Positions 20,499 to 29,828 of a DNA stretch of 64,000 bases are shown one piece after another. The notes under the pieces were generated by a model. It saw only the letters and a program-made list of their open reading frames with translations, ran no database searches and was not told where the DNA came from. Position 1 is the stretch's first letter; every line of letters begins with the position of its first letter. The stretch comes from Nitrosopumilus sp. (GTDB lineage Archaea > Thermoproteota > Nitrososphaeria > Nitrososphaerales > Nitrosopumilaceae): positions 1,504,001 through 1,568,000 of the forward strand of contig OY759726.1 in the NCBI GenBank assembly GCA_963662625.1, read 5' to 3'. The translations under genes and the position numbers were made by a program.

Positions 20499-21527
20499 TT
20501 ACTGCCTCATGTTTTTTAAGGATTTAAACAGGCTTGCAAAATTCGTTTTTCCCATGATTCTTTCAACGTATTCGTCGTAGCGGTTCTCGTGAATTAGCTT
20601 TCTTGCCTTCTTTAGCTCCTGCTGGTGAGTCCAAGCGTTGTGAATCGCCCTGGCGTAAAAATCATCCTCCAGCCCCTTCATACCATGGCGCCTGCACATG
20701 GGGCACCTGCAGTTTTCCAGCTTTTTCCCCTCTTCTTTAGAAAGCCGCGGGTATAGTTTTTTTCTTGCCACCTTTGAAACCCACCTGTCGCCCATCCCGG
20801 GCATCTGGATTGCGCCAAACGCCGCCTTTGTCCTCCAGGCAGAACTGTCAAGGGAGTCTGCGCCAGCATAGTACATCAAGTGCATCGTGAGCGTGCCGCC
20901 TGTGCCAAAAACGTGCAGTTTTGCCCTAGGAATTTGCTTTCGAACCTCCAAGATCACCTTCATTACGTTGAGGATCCCGCCCACCCCCTTGACGTTATAC
21001 ATGGCAGGAACCAGGCTGCCAATGCCGTAAATTGGGAACCTGTCGATTTTTTTCAGCCTTTTCACATAATCCCGAATTTCTCCTGCGTCATAACCATGAA
21101 TAACCGGCACCAGAACGGGATTTTTTGTAACTTTGTTTTTTAGCATGATCCTTGTATTTTGTAGCGTTTTTGATTTCCGCCTTTCGTTTTCTTCTTTAGG
21201 TAGGGTGGGAAACAGGGGATGGTCCAAAACCACGCCAAAATTTGGTTTAGCCCTTTCGTAGAAACCAATAATTTCTTCTGCAGAAACATCCATGTGTTTT
21301 CTTTTCATGAATAAAAACCCGCCAGAATCCATCATGATCGGACCACGAAATCCCAAAAAGCCATGAATTTTTTCCTCTTGCGCTGTTTTGAATGCGTGTG
21401 GGTGCTGCATAAAGTCATGCGCATTCATTAAAACACCACCCACTCTGAAATAATTCCAAGGCGCGCTCTTTTTATCTGCGACCATTTGGCTAAACCACAG
21501 CATCGGGTATTCTATTTTGTGTTTCAT
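20499..21527 (-). CDS. tRNA-guanine transglycosylase (TGT)/DpdA-like protein lacking a PUA domain
   Basis: MMDSGGF, VLDHP, PVIHG, GIGSLVP, LHVFG, GADSLDSS (catalytic Asp) and a Zn site CRCPMC...H. Confidence 0.88.
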   Translation of the reverse strand: MKHKIEYPMLWFSQMVADKKSAPWNYFRVGGVLMNAHDFMQHPHAFKTAQEEKIHGFLGFRGPIMMDSGGFLFMKRKHMDVSAEEIIGFYERAKPNFGVVLDHPLFPTLPKEENERRKSKTLQNTRIMLKNKVTKNPVLVPVIHGYDAGEIRDYVKRLKKIDRFPIYGIGSLVPAMYNVKGVGGILNVMKVILEVRKQIPRAKLHVFGTGGTLTMHLMYYAGADSLDSSAWRTKAAFGAIQMPGMGDRWVSKVARKKLYPRLSKEEGKKLENCRCPMCRRHGMKGLEDDFYARAIHNAWTHQQELKKARKLIHENRYDEYVERIMGKTNFASLFKSLKNMRQ

Positions 21528-22258
21528 GTCGTCTTTATCTGCCTAAGAAGCGATTTGAGCACCTTTGGGTGGGCCACACCGTACATGTCCCATGCAAATG
21601 TACCGCGCTCGTTGACCAGGTTTTTAATTTGATTTTTTGTTGGTAATATTTCTATGTCTAAATGATATCTCCGAGATGCTAATTCCAACATTCTCCTATG
21701 AGTATGATCGTCTTTTTGATCCAAAGCAGAAGAGTACGTTCTCACACACGCGATTATTTTTTTGTATTCTTGTCCTACTCTTTTTAGTGTCTTTCCAACA
21801 TTGTCAGAAATAATCTCAATGCTTCTATCCAAGTATTCTTTATCGTACTCTTGCTTGTATCGACGGCACCACCATTCAAAAAGCCCTGGGCAATCATACC
21901 ATTCGAACCCAGAAAAATACTGGTCTGGTACTAACCCGAAAGGCTCTGAAATAGTCATCACCTGAATTTGCTCTCTTTTTCCATTAAGCCTATCTAGATA
22001 TTGGTACAGCTGTTGGTATGAGCGTGATCTGTTGTATGGCTTAACTGTAGAGCATGGATAAATCAGCAAAACGTCTTTTCTTTCTGGGACATACGTTTTG
22101 GCCATGAAATTATGCCATTTTTTGATATCCGGGTTGGACGCTAGTCCTTTGTAGACCTCTTCTGGCGAATAGAAGCACAGGGACTTCTTAATTTTGACAC
22201 CTTTGCCAACTCTGGAAGAAACTGTTCGGTATAGTTCTAACTTTGACATTTCCACCAC
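21524..22258 (-). CDS. DUF5591 / archaeosine synthase (ArcS) core-like protein
   Basis: PCSTVKPYNRSRSY, ISEPFGLVP and YDCPG motifs. It overlaps the TGT-like gene by 4 bp. Confidence 0.75.
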   Translation of the reverse strand: MVEMSKLELYRTVSSRVGKGVKIKKSLCFYSPEEVYKGLASNPDIKKWHNFMAKTYVPERKDVLLIYPCSTVKPYNRSRSYQQLYQYLDRLNGKREQIQVMTISEPFGLVPDQYFSGFEWYDCPGLFEWWCRRYKQEYDKEYLDRSIEIISDNVGKTLKRVGQEYKKIIACVRTYSSALDQKDDHTHRRMLELASRRYHLDIEILPTKNQIKNLVNERGTFAWDMYGVAHPKVLKSLLRQIKTT

Positions 22259-22279
22259 GGTTCAATGTGTACGGGGGTT

Positions 22280-25200
22280 CTAGCCATGATCTTCCACCTC
22301 GTCCGAATTCAAGGCAATGCCTAACTTGACAAAGCCTTTCTCATACAATATTTGAACAGATTTTGTAACGGCAGGATCAAATAAATTATTGCCAACTTTG
22401 TTTAGTCCCGGTTCTAGCTTTCCCGGATCCACGTAATCCTTTCCAGATGATACGTCCGAAACGAGTTGTAATAAACCGGCAGATCCTCTGTCGATATCTA
22501 ATTCTTGGATAATTTTTTTCATGAAAACATCTCTCCGCCTATTTAATTCATTGACCATTTTAATCCATGTCATTTTATTCATCCTTTGTAAATGGTCTTT
22601 TAATTTACTTGAAAATTTTTCGAAATCCATTCTTGATTCTATCAAGACAACTTGCTTTGATTCAGGTAAATTTTTTGAACAGATATTTACAAAATTAACG
22701 AGTGTTTTTGTTTTCGCTTCGACAGCTTCGATAAATTTTTTAATAATTTCATGCAACGCTATATTGATCTGCTCTATTTGCTCACTCAAATCCTTCATGT
22801 TAGAATTAATCTCTGTCACGCATTTAACAAATATCACAATTTCTGATAAAGACGTTGGCAGTTCTAAATATTCTTTATTGGCAGAATTCAAAGATTTTTT
22901 CATATCATTAATTTTCTTTTGGATTGCCACAGTGTTGATCGTTGAGTCTGACACATCTTCAGAACCCACTATAAAGTCACTTAAATCCTCTAAACATTTT
23001 TTACATTCCTCATAATGCTTAAGGAAAGTGCATTCATGCTGATCCACTTCTTTTATTTTCTCTAATATTTCGCCCCTGCGTTGATTAAAAGCTGCTAGTT
23101 TTTGGCTAACAGTAGAAAAATACTCTTCAATTTGTTTTAAATCCTTTATTTTTGTGGTTTTTGGAAGTGCCGGTGGTTTGATTTGGGTAGCTGACTTGTG
23201 TAGGCCGCTGGAAATTTTATGTGCACTCGGAAAAACAAAAGTTGCGGTTGCAGCCTTAATTTCTCGGTAGGATTCCTTGATACTTTGTGCAAGGCTATTG
23301 GTTTTGTCAGTTGTGCGCTTCATCGCGTCAAGTTCAGCATCAAAACATTCTACAGCCTTTTTTAGATTATGATAGGGTAAGCTAAAGTAATATGCATCGT
23401 CAGCACTTTTCTCAAAATAAAAGGCGGATTTTTTATGATCTTTTTTAGAGTCTTTCATCCCTATAGATTGAGTTTCTTCTGTGACGAGTCTTCGTTCGTA
23501 AGTTTTTTCATATTCGCTCTGAACTAAATCGACAAATTTCTTTTGGATGCTCTCCAAAATAATTTCAGAAGTGATATGTTGTTCTTTATTGGATACTAGC
23601 TTGTTAAATGTTAAAATAATTTCATCTATTTGATGTTTATAGCTTTCAAATTTAGACATGGTATCCTTGAATAATTTGGCTTTTTGGTTATTTGCCTCGG
23701 TAATTATTGGACGAACATTTTCTTGATAATAATCGTAAATTGCAATTATTAATTTGGAAAGACGAAGCTCTTCGTCACCGTCTGAATCATTTTTTTTATC
23801 AAGTAATCCTTGTAAAACATGAATGTAATCTGATTCACTTATTACCCTACATTCTCTCATTTTTGTTTGCGAAATAAAGTGACCGTTTGAATTATCTTGA
23901 GGATATGATTCATTCATGTATTTTTCAACAGCATTAATTTTTGGTTGAAATACTGCATCGCCCTTCTTTATTATGGCGTAAGTGTTATTGGTTTTTCTAA
24001 TTTTTCCCTTCTGGATCAATGTGTTTAGATAATAATTCTGCAATGCTCCCTCGGCGTTAGACTGGTTTACGAATTCCTGTTCCAGTCCAGCCTGTGAATT
24101 TTTATTTTTTCCTAGTAATCGAATAACCCTTTTTTCTACAGGTGTGTCAACTGACATGATTACGGAGTTAATGTCCTTTAAAAATTGGTTGTTAGTTAAT
24201 CCATATGCCCAAGATTTCCATTCGTCTTTAGTTTCAATATCTATCGGGCAAAATGATCCTTTACTACCAAATAACTTGATTGATTTTAATTTTTTATAAA
24301 ACTCCCATTGCTCATCGATTGGAAAATTGGATGTACTTATAAAAGAAGAGATCGCTTCTCTGATACTGCTCTTACTGTAATCTCCCAATTCTTTGAGTAA
24401 CGGAATTATGATTCCGGAAGCTTCCGCCTTTGGAATCCAAAAATTTTCAATGCGTTGCTTCAGCTTTAATTCATTTATTATTGCAGAAATGCGGGATTTT
24501 TCAGTGATGCGATTAATTTGGATTTTTTCCACTTTTGCACGTTTCCAACAAAGTAACTGCTCGACATTAATTCTGTCTATTGGAATTCGCTGAATCTCAC
24601 CCACACCCTCCAGTAATTCATGAACGGGTTTTTCCAAATGTGTTTGGTAGAATAACAAAGTCAGAACTGCAGGAGTGGCATCAACAAGCTTTCTAATTTT
24701 ATCAATTTTTTCTACAGAAATATTCTCGATGATTCCTTCAATTATAATGGGAATTGGATTGTCCCGTTCATTTAACTTTAAAAGAAAATACTCCTCCTGC
24801 GGCTCACAATTAATATCTGAAAGTTTTATCGCATCAATTAGTGCGTACTTGAGATCATGATGAATCTTATCACGGTTTTTCACATCCCCCAAATCCCTTT
24901 GGATTTTTCTTCTTAACTCTAGCCGTTTACTTCTGTCTTTAATAAAATCAAATTTAATTAAGTTTGGAGATGGAAAGACGTTTTCTAGAAGATTTACTGA
25001 AACACGGTAAAATCTATTCGAGGTATCGAAATTATTTTTCACGGAATGATAGAATTTTCCAGCAATGGTACTATCAATACCTAACAATCTAGATAATTCG
25101 TGTGGGTCTTTTGGAATTACAATCTCTTTATCAAAATAATTCTTTGATAAATTACTGCTTATAACATAGTTTGTAAATGATTCTTTTAATGTAGCGATCA

Positions 25201-26554
25201 GGATAGAATTATAGTCAACAGTTATGTACTGATTCTTGCCTTGTTCGATTTTTGTATAGTTTGATAAAATTGAATCGAAATCCCGCCCTTCTTTCAATTT
25301 ATAATATACCCCAAAAGCAGAATCAAGTTTGTTTTGGTTTTGAAGATTTTCATTAATTTGATTAACCAAATTGCTGATATCTTTTTTAGGAATACTTAAT
25401 CTTTCAGAAATTTCATCGATGGAAAAGGCCTTGTTTTCTCCTGTTAGCAATTCAAAGATTTTAATTAATTTTTCCGAATTTCTCCTTGAATTACTTAATG
25501 ACTTTCTGAAACCATCTAGCATGTTAGCTTCAATTGCGGACGTGGATGATCCATAAACGGAAACTTTGACATCATTTAATTCTTTAAACAGCTGTGTGTA
25601 ATCAATGCAGCATATCGTGGTTTTATCATAAGGGATCGCCTTGCTCATTAGCTTGTAGAGCAGCTGGATTAATGCCCTGGGGTTTCTTTGAGAAATATTT
25701 ACAATAGTTTCAAAAATCCCGGCACTAGCAATTGGCAACTTTTCTAATTTTCCAGCATAGCTAACTTTTACTAGCTCAGATAAAAAGTGGTAGCAATCAA
25801 ATCTCGAGAGGAGAGGTAATTCAATCAAATTGTAGGCGAGTCTTTGTTCAGTGCTCCCCATTACTTGAGAAAAATTAGGATCTTCAGTAATCGTATTCCA
25901 TGCATACGGCGTACACGCAACAAAGATGTGCAACCTTCCCTCGTATTTACCTCCTTCAGATAATGATCCAAATTTTTTGTTGATGACTTCTTTAATTCCT
26001 GAAATCACATCAGCTTTAATATCCTCATTGTAGAGAATTTCTTCAAACTCATCTAAAAATAAATACATTTTTTTTTGATTATTTTCAAACAATTCTGCAA
26101 GTTTTTCATTCAGATATCTTACTGGATCTTTTATCATATCTTTGTAAAACAGTCCTTTATCTCCCTCCTGAGAATATAGATCGTCACCCACTGCAGTTAA
26201 TAATGCTGTTAAAAAATTGGTGGCGGTGTTTGAATGATGCGTATAGCTTTCATTCCTACGTAATTTCTTTGCCAGTGTACTGGTAGATACCGAATAGCAA
26301 TAGTGATGTTTTAGAACCGTTGAGATATAGCGATCAAATGCATCAGTCTTACCTTCCCCCCATTCTGCTTTAATCAGACATATCTGGATGTTCTTATCAT
26401 TACGAGTTTTTTCAATAAAGCCGTCGATTAAATTCGCGACTGATTCGCGCCCAGGAATCTTTGCATTTTTAACTCCTTGGAAAGGAACGCCTTTGGGGTC
26501 TGGTAGATTTCTGAGATCGAAAACTGGTGCAGTGCTAACCATCCTAACCCTCAC
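22280..26554 (-). CDS. Large (1424 aa) P-loop ATPase with HTH-like and long coiled-coil regions, BrxC-like in size and layout
   Basis: Walker A AEWGEGKT, Walker B YLFLDEFE, HTH-like FSIDEISERLSIPKKDI and a heptad-rich C-terminal third. Confidence 0.75.
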   Translation of the reverse strand: MRVRMVSTAPVFDLRNLPDPKGVPFQGVKNAKIPGRESVANLIDGFIEKTRNDKNIQICLIKAEWGEGKTDAFDRYISTVLKHHYCYSVSTSTLAKKLRRNESYTHHSNTATNFLTALLTAVGDDLYSQEGDKGLFYKDMIKDPVRYLNEKLAELFENNQKKMYLFLDEFEEILYNEDIKADVISGIKEVINKKFGSLSEGGKYEGRLHIFVACTPYAWNTITEDPNFSQVMGSTEQRLAYNLIELPLLSRFDCYHFLSELVKVSYAGKLEKLPIASAGIFETIVNISQRNPRALIQLLYKLMSKAIPYDKTTICCIDYTQLFKELNDVKVSVYGSSTSAIEANMLDGFRKSLSNSRRNSEKLIKIFELLTGENKAFSIDEISERLSIPKKDISNLVNQINENLQNQNKLDSAFGVYYKLKEGRDFDSILSNYTKIEQGKNQYITVDYNSILIATLKESFTNYVISSNLSKNYFDKEIVIPKDPHELSRLLGIDSTIAGKFYHSVKNNFDTSNRFYRVSVNLLENVFPSPNLIKFDFIKDRSKRLELRRKIQRDLGDVKNRDKIHHDLKYALIDAIKLSDINCEPQEEYFLLKLNERDNPIPIIIEGIIENISVEKIDKIRKLVDATPAVLTLLFYQTHLEKPVHELLEGVGEIQRIPIDRINVEQLLCWKRAKVEKIQINRITEKSRISAIINELKLKQRIENFWIPKAEASGIIIPLLKELGDYSKSSIREAISSFISTSNFPIDEQWEFYKKLKSIKLFGSKGSFCPIDIETKDEWKSWAYGLTNNQFLKDINSVIMSVDTPVEKRVIRLLGKNKNSQAGLEQEFVNQSNAEGALQNYYLNTLIQKGKIRKTNNTYAIIKKGDAVFQPKINAVEKYMNESYPQDNSNGHFISQTKMRECRVISESDYIHVLQGLLDKKNDSDGDEELRLSKLIIAIYDYYQENVRPIITEANNQKAKLFKDTMSKFESYKHQIDEIILTFNKLVSNKEQHITSEIILESIQKKFVDLVQSEYEKTYERRLVTEETQSIGMKDSKKDHKKSAFYFEKSADDAYYFSLPYHNLKKAVECFDAELDAMKRTTDKTNSLAQSIKESYREIKAATATFVFPSAHKISSGLHKSATQIKPPALPKTTKIKDLKQIEEYFSTVSQKLAAFNQRRGEILEKIKEVDQHECTFLKHYEECKKCLEDLSDFIVGSEDVSDSTINTVAIQKKINDMKKSLNSANKEYLELPTSLSEIVIFVKCVTEINSNMKDLSEQIEQINIALHEIIKKFIEAVEAKTKTLVNFVNICSKNLPESKQVVLIESRMDFEKFSSKLKDHLQRMNKMTWIKMVNELNRRRDVFMKKIIQELDIDRGSAGLLQLVSDVSSGKDYVDPGKLEPGLNKVGNNLFDPAVTKSVQILYEKGFVKLGIALNSDEVEDHG

Positions 26555-28223
26555 CTAGTAAACCCTTCACTACATCAGTAGTTCCAGCAGTGTGTGGGAT
26601 CACCCTGTCATTTGAGCTCACTTTAATCGTTAATGGAATGGGTAATTTTTTGGACATTTGCCCCGTAACAATTACTTGGCCTTGAGAAAGATTCGTTAAT
26701 TTGTTTTCTCGTGATTTAGGCAAACCTCCTGTCACTTTTCTCACAAAACTAATATCACCAAATGCGATTCTATGGATAAAGAATGTATTTACCATGGAAA
26801 CGACCACTTCATCTAAAAATGCAGGTCTTTGAGAGATGAGGCATAACCCAATTCCAAATTTTCTTCCTTGTGTTGCAATAACGTGTAATTTTCTTCTAGC
26901 TAATCCTGCACCTACCTTGTACACGGAATCATTGGGTATATAGTTATGTGCTTCCTCAATTGCAAAAATAATGTATTTCTTTGCTTTATCAGTTTTATAG
27001 CGGGTGAAGGTTTTATAAATTAAAGATGCGAAATACCCCACTACTGCTTGCTTTAACTCTGGGGAAATTCCCGGCGCGCCATCAGATGAAAAATCTATTA
27101 TTGCAATTTCGCGGTTATTTGTAAGTTTGTCAAGGAAATTACGAGTAATTGTGGGATCCTCATCGAAAAGTTTTGATGTTAAAGCTTCGCGTCTAAATTT
27201 TTCTAATGCTCTTCGTATTGCACCTGCAACAGAACTATGAATTTCTGGATTTTTACCAGTTGAGAAATCGTTTAATTTAGTAGTTATGCGTTCGAATTTG
27301 GCTTCATCAGTGAATAACTCACTATAACGGAATTCTGGAGGTTCTTGGTTTGGATTTCCGATATCATTTTGTAGTTCCATATATTCAATCACTCTTTCCA
27401 GTCCCGTAATTTGAAGTTCGGGCAACTCCCCACCCGTATAAAACTGCATTATGATTTCCGCTAATTCAGTTCGTGATAGTGTACCTAGATCAATTCTTAG
27501 TTCAGCGACGTTTGCATCTCCTCGTTGTGTGGATACAGGGAAAACATATCGTGTAATATTTTTACACGCGCCATCTAAACTATCTCCATTAACTGCATAA
27601 TCAGTATAGTCGCCATTAGAATCTATTATCAGCATGGGCATAGCTACTAGTCGGGTTGGTCCTGCAGGGACATTCACAAATTTTTCAATCAGTGCACCCA
27701 CGTTGTAGGATTTCCCACTACCAGTAGTCCCAAAAACTGCCATATGCATCGGTATTTCTTCTATACTCAGCGGAATTGGGGCCTTTTGATATCCAAGTAG
27801 TGTACCATACCACACGTATCCTGGTTCGTTTCTTCCAATCCCAAAAATCGTTTCAGGATCAGACACGTCAACTTCAAAAACAGGGTCGCCTGGCAGCGGA
27901 GGATGGTTAAGCAGGGCCAGATGTGGAATTTCGCCTAAAAGCTCCAGTGTACAGGTTACATATTGCCGGGCTACGTTTGAAGGGATACTGAAATCCTTTC
28001 TTCTGGATTCTGACCACGCATCCCCTTTGGTGTAGAAATCATTGTGAGGTTCTACGCTTTCTACATGAGCAAGAATGTCTTTGCCTCTAGATTCAATTAA
28101 GACTAATTTGCTCTCCGTTATTTTATGCTCAAAGTTTTCAAATAACTGAAATTTTGCTTCAGAAGAAGAACCGGCAGTGAGGATGACTCCTATTTTATCC
28201 CCTTTTGGGTTTCTGGCCATCAA
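26544..28223 (-). CDS. herA: HerA-family ATPase/translocase
   Basis: N-terminal HAS-barrel-like region, HMAVFGTTGSGKS, IEEAH and GRKFGIGLCLISQRP. Confidence 0.92.
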   Translation of the reverse strand: MMARNPKGDKIGVILTAGSSSEAKFQLFENFEHKITESKLVLIESRGKDILAHVESVEPHNDFYTKGDAWSESRRKDFSIPSNVARQYVTCTLELLGEIPHLALLNHPPLPGDPVFEVDVSDPETIFGIGRNEPGYVWYGTLLGYQKAPIPLSIEEIPMHMAVFGTTGSGKSYNVGALIEKFVNVPAGPTRLVAMPMLIIDSNGDYTDYAVNGDSLDGACKNITRYVFPVSTQRGDANVAELRIDLGTLSRTELAEIIMQFYTGGELPELQITGLERVIEYMELQNDIGNPNQEPPEFRYSELFTDEAKFERITTKLNDFSTGKNPEIHSSVAGAIRRALEKFRREALTSKLFDEDPTITRNFLDKLTNNREIAIIDFSSDGAPGISPELKQAVVGYFASLIYKTFTRYKTDKAKKYIIFAIEEAHNYIPNDSVYKVGAGLARRKLHVIATQGRKFGIGLCLISQRPAFLDEVVVSMVNTFFIHRIAFGDISFVRKVTGGLPKSRENKLTNLSQGQVIVTGQMSKKLPIPLTIKVSSNDRVIPHTAGTTDVVKGLLGEG

Positions 28224-29389
28224 TGAACATCTCCCATCATTTTCATTTGAATTATGTTTTCCACATCTTCATTACTCTTAGAACCGGTAATAAATTCCCT
28301 AAATAATATGTCTGCCGCTCCTTGTCCAATATTGCACTTTTCATGTGCTAAAATCACAGGAATAGGGATGTGTCTTCCGGGTGCAGCCCACCTAACGATA
28401 GATTTGATTGCTTCGATTACTAAATCATTTTTAACAAATTTTTTGCTTGGAGACAACGCAATATCTACACGAATAGGGCTGGAGACATAGCCATTTGCCA
28501 TCAGAAATGTTAAAACATCCACACCATTGTTCTGATATTCATTTGCGGCTTTTTTACCAATTTCGCCAGTTTTTCCTTTAGAGTTAATCTCTGAAAGTAA
28601 AATTGGTTCAGTGTAAGCAAGACAGTCTTTATCATTTTTTAGATACTCTGTAAAAATATGTACTGCTAAATTTTTATCTGAAAGCATATTTTCAAATTCA
28701 ACTGATTCGCTTAAAGGAAAAAATGATTTGTAATGGTTGGAGAATAATGTTCCGCTAATTCTTTTTACGATTCCAATTAACTGTGCTCCTCTCGAAAAAC
28801 CCTGTTTGATCGCAAATGTCCTTCCTTCAACGTATTGTTTTTGATTTTCGAACGGAGGATCAATAATTGGACCATCAAGAAAAATAATTCCATCGCTTTC
28901 TTTTTTCCTAGACATCGCCGTAACCTTTAACGCTTCTGTTTCCATATCCATCATGAATTTTTCCGCCGCAGCGCCTGCGCCTTTCTCGTCAATTTGATTT
29001 ATTGTTCGAATTGCTGGAGTTACTAGAACATCAACGTCAGAATCATAACCTTGGGGATACCTTATTCTTGCGACGCTGTAAAAAATCATCCACCCGCCAT
29101 CTGGTCTGGGGTATTTTTGCAGACTTCCATCTACGGCATCTGTAAGCGTTTTGGCATATTCAGAAAGATCTGTTTTTGTCAAATCCATTTTATGAATAAT
29201 GCTTTTCGAAACCATTAGTGAGAGAGCTTTCTTAGCACTTTTGCGATATTCTTTGGCAGATTGCTTCATTGCCTCGGATTGTTTTGATGTTTCCTCAACA
29301 AATTTTACCATGGCTTCTGCAGGAAGCTTGTTGAAGCTAAGCATGTTGAGTTCTCTACGAAGCTGTTCTTCTTTGTATAAATCAGGCAT
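28220..29389 (-). CDS. nurA: NurA-family 5'-3' nuclease
   Basis: AVDGS, FLDGP, GIVKR and PxPVILAHEKC motifs. It overlaps herA by 4 bp. Confidence 0.85.
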   Translation of the reverse strand: MPDLYKEEQLRRELNMLSFNKLPAEAMVKFVEETSKQSEAMKQSAKEYRKSAKKALSLMVSKSIIHKMDLTKTDLSEYAKTLTDAVDGSLQKYPRPDGGWMIFYSVARIRYPQGYDSDVDVLVTPAIRTINQIDEKGAGAAAEKFMMDMETEALKVTAMSRKKESDGIIFLDGPIIDPPFENQKQYVEGRTFAIKQGFSRGAQLIGIVKRISGTLFSNHYKSFFPLSESVEFENMLSDKNLAVHIFTEYLKNDKDCLAYTEPILLSEINSKGKTGEIGKKAANEYQNNGVDVLTFLMANGYVSSPIRVDIALSPSKKFVKNDLVIEAIKSIVRWAAPGRHIPIPVILAHEKCNIGQGAADILFREFITGSKSNEDVENIIQMKMMGDVH

Positions 29390-29410
29390 AAATATAGGAT
29401 GATCTTGCTA

Positions 29411-29425
29411 TGTTTATAATATTTT
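29411..29425 (-). promoter_or_regulatory. Probable archaeal TATA box of the nurA operon
   Basis: TTATAAA on the minus strand 24-30 nt upstream of the ATG at 29389, consistent with a leaderless transcript. Confidence 0.55.
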
Positions 29426-29828
29426 AGTGTGGATAATGCGGCAGTCTGTACACATGATAACCAACCAGACGTATCTGCATCAACGGATCGACTCTTTGCA
29501 TGTGGGCCCAGTGCCCTTGAGCTTGAGTGGGGCAACCGAGCTGGTTGTGTATTGGGCCTAGTGCCTTAACAGGCGTGTGTATATTCCTGCCCGTCAGACA
29601 TTTGAAAGGATGTGATGGGAAAGGATTAGAAAGACAAGCACAGGGATAGACATAGGGGAGGAAAACTGCGACATGTGCATGGTGGATATGCCGGGACGAT
29701 CCTCGAGGGAGGGCATTACCCCAACACCCGGGACGGAGCGTGGAAGTTTGTGAGAGTGATGGCGCGCAGGTGCCTGGGGGCGGCTCCCGGAGCATAGAAA
29801 ATAAAAGTATCATGCGTACCTGAAACCC

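Noticed and set aside
20499-21527. Housekeeping archaeosine tRNA-guanine transglycosylase (tgtA)
   Set aside because: It is too short, lacks the PUA region, has foreign AT-rich composition and sits in a nuclease/ATPase operon, so no gene symbol was assigned.
17901-29389. Canonical Dpd or BREX system
   Set aside because: No recognisable DpdB/DpdC, SF2 helicases, PglX methyltransferase, PglZ or BrxL. Only analogous components are present.
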